Assembly (NCBI GenBank): GCA_009995225.1
Contig: JAACPW010000011.1
Location: 30,447-94,446, forward strand
Direction: 5' to 3'
DNA from: Sphingomonadales bacterium
GTDB lineage: Bacteria; Pseudomonadota; Alphaproteobacteria; Sphingomonadales; Sphingomonadaceae
DNA length: 64,000 nucleotides
Shown: piece by piece, positions 57,751 through 64,000 of the stretch
How the letters are laid out: each line of letters begins with the position of its first letter
How positions within the stretch are numbered: the stretch's first letter is position 1
Program-made: the position numbers and the translations under genes
The notes under the pieces: model-generated
The model's input: the letters and a program-made list of their open reading frames with translations, nothing else
The model's database searches: none
What the model was told of the DNA's origin: nothing

Positions 57751-58532
57751 CAGAGGCGGCCTTCCCCAGAACGCTCCATCGCGGCGAGCCGTTCTGCCTG
57801 CTGGCGCGGCACGGCGACAAGGCCCTGCGCCACCTCTCCGCCTGCGCCGGTGATCAGCGCGTGCGGGGTTTCGTCCGCCACCAATGCGCCCTTGTCCATC
57901 ACCAGCACCCGGTCGGCCAGCAGCAGCGCTTCGGCCATGTCGTGCGTCACCATCACCGTGGTAAGGCCGAGGCGTTCATGCAGCTCGCGCACCTTTTCGC
58001 CCAGCGCATCGCGGGTCACCGGATCGAGCGCGCCGAAGGGTTCGTCCATGATCAGCAGCTCCGGCTCGCCCGCCAGCGCGCGCGCCACGCCGACCCGCTG
58101 ACGCTGACCGCCGCTGAGTTCATCGGGCATCCGGCTGGCCATCGCGGGATCGAGTTCCACCAGCGTAAGCAGTTCGGCGATCCGTTCCGGCGGCAGTTTC
58201 TCCCCGGTCAGGCGCGGGCCGATCGCGATGTTTTCGGCCACGGTAAAGTGCGGGAACAGGCCGATCCCCTGAAACACATATCCCACGCGGCGGCGCAGGC
58301 GCGCCGGCGGCAATTCAGCCACGTCCTCGCCTGCAAAGACCACGCGGCCTTCGGTGGGTGTCACCAGCGTGTTGACGGTTTTCAGCAGCGTCGACTTGCC
58401 CGATCCCGATGCCCCCACCAGCGCCACGAAACTGCCCGGTGCGATGTCGCACGTCACGCCGCTGACCGCAGTTACCGCACCGAAGCGGCAGATCACCCCG
58501 TCGAAGCGGAGCAGGGGTGCTGGCGTTGTCAT
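57750..58532 (-). CDS. Osmoprotectant ABC transporter ATP-binding protein
   Basis: GASGSGKS, LSGGQRQRVGVARAL, MDEPFGALDP, VTHD motifs. Confidence 0.92.
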
Positions 58533-58642
58533 GCGCTAGAGTTAGCGAGATTGGGCGGCCAGCGCCAGCGTGCCCGATTGGCCTTTGCCCAATGGCTTGC
58601 TATGCGGTGATGCAGAAGATCATTTCACCGGCAGGACATAAA

Positions 58643-59809
58643 ATGCGCGCGACCCCCGAATTCGACTTCCACCTCGGCGAAGCCGCCGACATGATCCGCG
58701 ATACCACGGCCCGCTTCGCTGACGAGCAGATCGCCCCGCTCGCCGAACGGACCGACCGCGAAGACCGCTTCCCGCGTGAGCTGTGGGAACCGATGGGCGC
58801 GCTGGGCCTGCACGGCATCACGGTGGAAGAACAATGGGGCGGACTGGGCCTCGGCTATCTCGAACACGTCATCGCGGTCGAGGAAGTCAGCCGCGCTTCG
58901 GCCAGCGTCGGGCTCAGCTACGGCGCGCATTCCAACCTGTGCCTCAACCAGATCAGCCGCTGGGGGAATGACGAACAGCGCGCCAAGTATCTCCCCAAGC
59001 TGATCAGTGGCGAACACGTCGGCAGCCTTGCGATGTCCGAAGCGGGCGCTGGCAGCGACGTGGTCTCGATGAAGCTCAAGGCGGAGGCCGTTCAGGGCGG
59101 TTACATCCTCAACGGCACCAAGTTCTGGATCACCAATGCACCCGAGGCCGATACGCTGGTGGTTTACGCCAAGACCGATGGCCATGCAGGCAGCCGCGGC
59201 ATCACGACGTTCCTGGTCGAGAAGGGCGACGAGGGCTTTGCCATCGGCCAGAAGATTTCCAAGGTCGGGATGAAGGGCTCGCCCACCGCCGAGCTGGTGT
59301 TCACCGACTGCTTCGTGCCCGAAGACCGCATCATGGGTCCGCTGAATGGCGGGGTCGGGGTGCTGATGAGCGGGCTGGATTACGAGCGCGTGGTGCTCGC
59401 CGGATTGCAGCTCGGCATCATGCAGGCCTGCCTCGACACGGTGATCCCGTATCTTCGCGAGAGGAAGCAGTTCGGGAAGCCGATTGGCTCGTTCCAACTG
59501 ATGCAGGCCAAGGTCGCTGACATGTATGTCGCGCTGCAATCGGCTCGCGCCTACACCTATGCGGTGGCCAGGGCCTGCGACGCGGGGCAGACGACCCGCT
59601 TCGATGCGGCTGGCGTGATTTTGCTTGCGTCGGAGAACGCCTTCAAGGTCGCGGCGGAAAGCGTGCAGGCGCTGGGCGGCGCGGGCTACACGACCGACTG
59701 GCCGGTGGAACGCTACATGCGGGATGCGAAGTTGCTCGACATCGGCGCAGGGACCAACGAGATCCGCCGGATGCTGATCGGGCGCGAATTGATTGGCGCG
59801 GCAGGGTGA
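58643..59809 (+). CDS. ivd: Isovaleryl-CoA dehydrogenase
   Basis: YGAHSNLC.NQI, LAMSE..AGSDVVSM, GLDYER, DAKLLDIGAGTNEIRR motifs; upstream of mccB. Confidence 0.92.
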   Translation: MRATPEFDFHLGEAADMIRDTTARFADEQIAPLAERTDREDRFPRELWEPMGALGLHGITVEEQWGGLGLGYLEHVIAVEEVSRASASVGLSYGAHSNLCLNQISRWGNDEQRAKYLPKLISGEHVGSLAMSEAGAGSDVVSMKLKAEAVQGGYILNGTKFWITNAPEADTLVVYAKTDGHAGSRGITTFLVEKGDEGFAIGQKISKVGMKGSPTAELVFTDCFVPEDRIMGPLNGGVGVLMSGLDYERVVLAGLQLGIMQACLDTVIPYLRERKQFGKPIGSFQLMQAKVADMYVALQSARAYTYAVARACDAGQTTRFDAAGVILLASENAFKVAAESVQALGGAGYTTDWPVERYMRDAKLLDIGAGTNEIRRMLIGRELIGAAG

Positions 59810-60114
59810 GCAGCGGCGACGACGATTACGTCTACGACGAGGCCAGTGGCGAATGGATGGCTGCCTCGGAACTCGCGGCCAAGCAGGCGGCGGATGACGC
59901 GGTCGAGGTGCGCGACGCGGTCGGCAACATCCTCGCCGATGGCGATGCGGTGACGCTGATCAAGGATCTCGAGGTCAAGGGCGCAGGGCAAACGCTGAAG
60001 CAGGGCACGCTGATCAAGTCGATCCGCCTGACCGGCGACGCGCAGGAGATCGACTGCAAATATCCCGGCATCAAGGGCCTCGTGCTGCGGGCCGAGTTTG
60101 TGCGCAAGCGGTGA
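59806..60114 (+). CDS. PhnA/YjdM-like protein (C-terminal domain, no Cys zinc ribbon)
   Basis: VRDAVGNILADGDAVTLIKDL.VKG, IKSIRL, IDCK, L.AEFV.K motifs. Confidence 0.85.
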   Translation: MSSGDDDYVYDEASGEWMAASELAAKQAADDAVEVRDAVGNILADGDAVTLIKDLEVKGAGQTLKQGTLIKSIRLTGDAQEIDCKYPGIKGLVLRAEFVRKR

Positions 60115-60133
60115 TGTTCGGTTTTGGTAATTT

Positions 60134-60246
60134 CGTCACCCTGAACTTGTTTCAGGGTCCATCGCGCAAACAGGAGCCGCTGGTGCAGATGGAGAAATGG
60201 ATGCTGGAAGCGGAGCTGTGCTTGCACAAACCTGTTCAGCATGACG
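60134..60246. repeat. REP doublet (REPIN-like) intergenic element
   Basis: Terminal inverted repeats CGTCACCCTGAAC/GTTCAGCATGACG; first hairpin ACCCTGAA-CTTGT-TTCAGGGT. Confidence 0.7.
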
Positions 60247-60258
60247 GAGAGTTTTAGA

Positions 60259-61866
60259 ATGACCGCCCCCACTCTGACCACCAAGCTCGACCGCGAAAGC
60301 CCCGAGGCCAAGGCGCGGTTTGCCTATAACCAATCGCTCGCCGCCGATCTGCGCGCCCGCGTGGCCGAGGCGGCGCTGGGGGGCACAGAGAAATCGCGCG
60401 AACGCCATGTGTCACGCGGCAAGCTGCTGCCGCGTGAGCGGGTGGAGCGGTTGCTCGATCCGGGCTCGCCCTTCCTCGAAGTGGGCCAGCTTGCCGCCAA
60501 CGGCATGTATGAAGGCGACGTCAACGGCGCCTCGCTGATCTGCGGCGTCGGGCGCGTCTCGGGCCGCCAGTGCATGATCGTGTGCAATGATGCGACCGTG
60601 AAGGGCGGCACCTATTACCCGATGACGGTCAAAAAGCACCTGCGCGCCCAGGAGATCGCAGCTGAGAACCGTCTGCCGTGCATCTACCTCGTCGATAGCG
60701 GCGGCGCGAACCTGCCGCATCAGGCCGAGGTCTTCCCCGACCGCGACCACTTCGGGCGGATTTTCTTCAATCAGGCCAACATGAGTGCGCTCGGCATTCC
60801 GCAGATCGCATGCGTGATGGGAAGTTGCACCGCGGGTGGCGCTTATGTGCCTGCCATGTCGGACGAGAGCGTGATCGTCCGCAATCAGGGCACGATCTTC
60901 CTCGCCGGCCCGCCGCTGGTGAAGGCCGCGACGGGCGAGGAAATCACAGCCGAGGATCTGGGCGGCGGCGATCTTCACGCGAAGAAATCGGGCGTGGTCG
61001 ATCACTTGGCGGAAGATGACGAACACGCGCTCACCATCGTGCGCGACATCGTCAGCCACCTCGGCACGAACACCGGTGCGGCGACGGACGTGGCGCGACG
61101 CGACCCGCGCCCGCCCAAATTCGACGCGGATGACCTCTACGCCCTCATCCCCGATGACGTGCGCGCGCCCTATGATGTCAAGGAAGTGATCGCGCGGCTG
61201 GTGGACGGCAGCGAGTTCCACGAGTTCAAGGCGCATTACGGCTCCACGCTGGTCTGCGGGTTCGCGCATATCTGGGGGATGCCGGTCGCGATCCTTGCGA
61301 ACAACGGCGTGCTGTTCTCCGAAAGCGCGCAGAAGGGCGCGCATTTCATCGAGCTTGCCTGCCAGCGCCGCATTCCGCTGCTGTTCCTCCAGAATATCAG
61401 CGGCTTCATGGTCGGCGGGAAGTACGAGGCGGAAGGCATCGCCAAGCATGGCGCCAAGCTGGTCACCGCCGTCGCCACCGCAAGCGTGCCCAAACTCACC
61501 GTGGTGATCGGCGGCAGCTTTGGCGCGGGCAATTACGGCATGTGCGGGCGGGCCTACTCGCCCCGCTTCCTGTTCACCTGGCCCAATGCGCGCATCTCGG
61601 TGATGGGCGGGGAGCAGGCGGCCAGCGTGCTCGCTACCGTCCACCGCGACGCCGATACGTGGGACGCTGACCAGACCGAGGCCTTCAAGGTCCCGATCCG
61701 CCAGAAATACGAAGACGAAGGCAACCCCTACTACGCCACCGCCCGCCTGTGGGACGACGGCGTGGTCGACCCGGTGCAGACCCGCGATGTGCTGGGGCTG
61801 GCGCTGGCGGCGTGTCTGGAAGCCCCGATTGCCGAGCGGCCTTCGTTTGGCGTGTTCCGGATGTAG
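60259..61866 (+). CDS. mccB: Methylcrotonoyl-CoA carboxylase beta (carboxyltransferase) subunit
   Basis: [61 protein letters not shown] motifs. Confidence 0.93.
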   Translation: MTAPTLTTKLDRESPEAKARFAYNQSLAADLRARVAEAALGGTEKSRERHVSRGKLLPRERVERLLDPGSPFLEVGQLAANGMYEGDVNGASLICGVGRVSGRQCMIVCNDATVKGGTYYPMTVKKHLRAQEIAAENRLPCIYLVDSGGANLPHQAEVFPDRDHFGRIFFNQANMSALGIPQIACVMGSCTAGGAYVPAMSDESVIVRNQGTIFLAGPPLVKAATGEEITAEDLGGGDLHAKKSGVVDHLAEDDEHALTIVRDIVSHLGTNTGAATDVARRDPRPPKFDADDLYALIPDDVRAPYDVKEVIARLVDGSEFHEFKAHYGSTLVCGFAHIWGMPVAILANNGVLFSESAQKGAHFIELACQRRIPLLFLQNISGFMVGGKYEAEGIAKHGAKLVTAVATASVPKLTVVIGGSFGAGNYGMCGRAYSPRFLFTWPNARISVMGGEQAASVLATVHRDADTWDADQTEAFKVPIRQKYEDEGNPYYATARLWDDGVVDPVQTRDVLGLALAACLEAPIAERPSFGVFRM

Positions 61867-61946
61867 CCTGAAACCCCCGCCGCCCCCCTTGCGTAGCTAA
61901 CCCAAGTTAGGCCACAAGCATCAAGCCTTTGGGAGGGGCGTACCGC

Positions 61947-62588
61947 TTGCACAAACCCGTTACCCCCGCGCCTGAGCGCAAGCCCACGCTGCTGTCGCGC
62001 ATCGTGCGCCGGATCATCCTTGCCATCTGGTATGCGCAAGGGTGGAAGGTCGTCGATCCCCTGCCCAAGCACCTGAAAAAATACGTGCTGGCCGGCGCGC
62101 CGCACACCTCGAACTGGGACTTCGTGTTCTTCACCGGGGCGACGCATGACGAAGGCATCCGCCCCAACTTCATGGGCAAGCATACGCTATTCCAGGGGAT
62201 CATGAAGAACTTCATGTTCGACATGGGCGGCATCCCGATTGATCGCCGCAAAAAAGCCAACGCCACCGAGCAGGTCGCCGCCGAATTTGCCGCGCGCGAT
62301 GAACTGGCGCTGGTGATTGCGTGCGAAGGCAGCCGGAAATCGGATGGCAAGTGGCGTTCGGGCTTCTACCATATTGCCCGCGCCGCCAACGTCCCGATCG
62401 TCCCCGCCTTTGCCGATCACGCCAGCCGCATCGTCAGCTTTGGCCCGCCACTGATCCCGACCGGGAATTACGGCGAGGATCTGCTGAAACTGGCCGAATG
62501 GTTCCGCACCAAGCTGCCCGATTACGACCGCTTCAAGGTGCTGGAACAACAGGCGCGCGATATCATTGCCGGGCGCAACGATGTTTGA
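61947..62588 (+). CDS. Lysophospholipid acyltransferase (PlsC family)
   Basis: PHTSNWD (HX4D) and CEGSR motifs; TTG start with a GGAGG RBS. Confidence 0.85.
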   Translation: MHKPVTPAPERKPTLLSRIVRRIILAIWYAQGWKVVDPLPKHLKKYVLAGAPHTSNWDFVFFTGATHDEGIRPNFMGKHTLFQGIMKNFMFDMGGIPIDRRKKANATEQVAAEFAARDELALVIACEGSRKSDGKWRSGFYHIARAANVPIVPAFADHASRIVSFGPPLIPTGNYGEDLLKLAEWFRTKLPDYDRFKVLEQQARDIIAGRNDV

Positions 62589-63378
62589 ACTGCTCGCGCT
62601 GAACGCCGCAATCCTGCTGGCGCTGGTGCTGATCCAGTGGGCGATCAGCGTGAAAATCAACGATGTGAGCTTCATCGACGCCTTCTGGGGCGCCGGCATG
62701 GGCATCCTTGCGGTCGCAAGCTGGCTGCACGTGCCCGGCGGGCCGGGGCAGCTGGCGACGCTGATCATGATCATGACCGCCGCCTGGGGCTTCCGGCTGG
62801 GCGCCTACCTGTTTCTACGCTGGCGCAAGGAAGGCGAGGACAAGCGTTACAAGATGATCCTCAAGAAGGATCGTGAGGCGGGCAACTTCGCCCGCGCCGC
62901 GCTCATCCGCGTGTGGCTGATGCAGGCGGTGCTGTTGTTCATGGTGTCGAGCCCGGCGCAGGTCGGCATCCTCGCCAGCCCAGAACCTTCCCCGATCACG
63001 CCGCTCGCATGGGCGGGCTTAGGCCTATGGAGCGTGGGTGTGTTCTTCGAATGGGTGGGCGATTGGCAGTTGACCCGGTTCAAGGCGAACCCGGCGAACC
63101 ACGGGCAGGTGCTCGACACCGGCCTGTGGCGCTACACCCGCCACCCCAACTACTTCGGCGATTTCTGCGCATGGTGGGGCATCTGGCTCGCCTGCGCGGC
63201 GGCCGGATGGGGCTATGCGGCGGCGACGGTCATCGGGCCGCTGTTTCTCAGCTTCACGCTGACGCGGTGGTCGGGCGTGACCCTGCTGGAGAAGGGTATG
63301 GACAAGTCGCGGGGCGACAAATACGCCGATTACAAGCGTCGCACCTCCGCCTTTTTCCCGATGCCACCGCGAAGCTGA
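62581..63378 (+). CDS. DUF1295 / steroid 5-alpha-reductase-like membrane protein
   Basis: IDAFWG, WGFRLG.YL, GEDKRY, GLWRYTRHPNYFG motifs. Confidence 0.88.
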   Translation: MFELLALNAAILLALVLIQWAISVKINDVSFIDAFWGAGMGILAVASWLHVPGGPGQLATLIMIMTAAWGFRLGAYLFLRWRKEGEDKRYKMILKKDREAGNFARAALIRVWLMQAVLLFMVSSPAQVGILASPEPSPITPLAWAGLGLWSVGVFFEWVGDWQLTRFKANPANHGQVLDTGLWRYTRHPNYFGDFCAWWGIWLACAAAGWGYAAATVIGPLFLSFTLTRWSGVTLLEKGMDKSRGDKYADYKRRTSAFFPMPPRS

Positions 63379-63491
63379 GGCGCGCTGATCGACCAACGAC
63401 GCTGCTGCGCCGCACAAAAAGCATATCCGCACCCTTTCGGCGCGCGCGCGCTTGGCCTATGCTGACACCCAGCAAGGAGACCCGCAGACCC

Positions 63492-64000
63492 ATGGCTCTC
63501 AACCCGACCTTACGCGATGCCGAGCGTGAGCGGATCGCGCGCCACGTGCTCGATCTGGTCAGGGAGCGCGGCGCCGAGATCCCCTGGACAGTCGCCATGT
63601 CCGAAAGCGGGCTGACCCGCGCGCGCTTTGAAGCGCTGTTTGCCGATTATGACGATCTGTTCGACGCGGTCGCGCAGACCTGGCTCGCGCCGCAGCTTGC
63701 CGTGATGGAGGAGGTGCTGGCCACCACCTTGCCGCCGCAACGCAAGATGTACGAGTTCTTCCGCCGCCGCTTCATCATCTCACGCGATCGCTTCCGCGCG
63801 GACCCGGAACACTTCACCATCCTGTGCGAAATGGGCGCGGCCAATTTCGAACGGGTGCGCTCTTATGTCGATCTGGCCGATCACTACCTGTGCGAATTGA
63901 TCGCCGAGGCGCAGGCCGAAGGCTTCTTCGCCGGGCTGGAGATCGACGAGGCGCTGTCGCTGATCAACCAGATGATCTCCAACTACACCTTGCCCGATGC
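63492..64000 (+). CDS. TetR-like transcriptional regulator, truncated by the window end
   Basis: AAGGAG RBS; N-terminal RERIARHVLDLV...SGLTRARFEALF..YDDLFDAV HTH-like region; TetR-type C-terminal AEAQAEGFF. Confidence 0.7.
   Translation, partial: MALNPTLRDAERERIARHVLDLVRERGAEIPWTVAMSESGLTRARFEALFADYDDLFDAVAQTWLAPQLAVMEEVLATTLPPQRKMYEFFRRRFIISRDRFRADPEHFTILCEMGAANFERVRSYVDLADHYLCELIAEAQAEGFFAGLEIDEALSLINQMISNYTLPD

Noticed and set aside
59806-60114. Phosphonate-utilisation role for the PhnA-like gene as part of the Pho regulon
   Set aside because: No Pho box and no phn genes nearby; it is coupled to ivd

Overview
A 64-kb, high-GC stretch of core chromosome from an alphaproteobacterium. Gene content and order (lptA/lptC-rnd-ung, lgt next to a MidA-type methyltransferase, ftsK, glnD, rpmG, lolA, two TonB-dependent receptors) suggest Sphingomonadales, probably Erythrobacteraceae; this is inference. 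I found no rRNA, tRNA, CRISPR array, prophage, integrase or transposase. About 57 CDS can be supported, mostly housekeeping, peptidase, lipid/CoA-metabolism and envelope genes. Signals beyond ordinary annotation: (1) a tightly coupled operon of acyl-CoA dehydrogenase, an Mct-like CoA transferase, a thiolase and a Meh-like hydratase, with no citramalyl-CoA lyase (12985-17491); (2) a MidA/NDUFAF7 methyltransferase fused to a ~320-aa Pro/Gly-free Ala/Glu/Arg/Lys helical repeat (53521-55659); (3) two dispersed copies of a ~100-bp three-hairpin element with compensatory stem changes (45390-45486 and 56097-56192); (4) a candidate ~120-nt sRNA with its own promoter and terminator (22705-22860); (5) Pho-box-like repeats upstream of an alkaline phosphatase, an orphan pstS and a TonB-dependent receptor; (6) a perfect consensus parS 16-mer inside a 32-bp palindrome (28630-28661), suggesting the window is origin-proximal. 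There are also several small tandem or REP-like repeats and two possible CTG starts. All assignments come from motif recognition by eye; no database searches were run.
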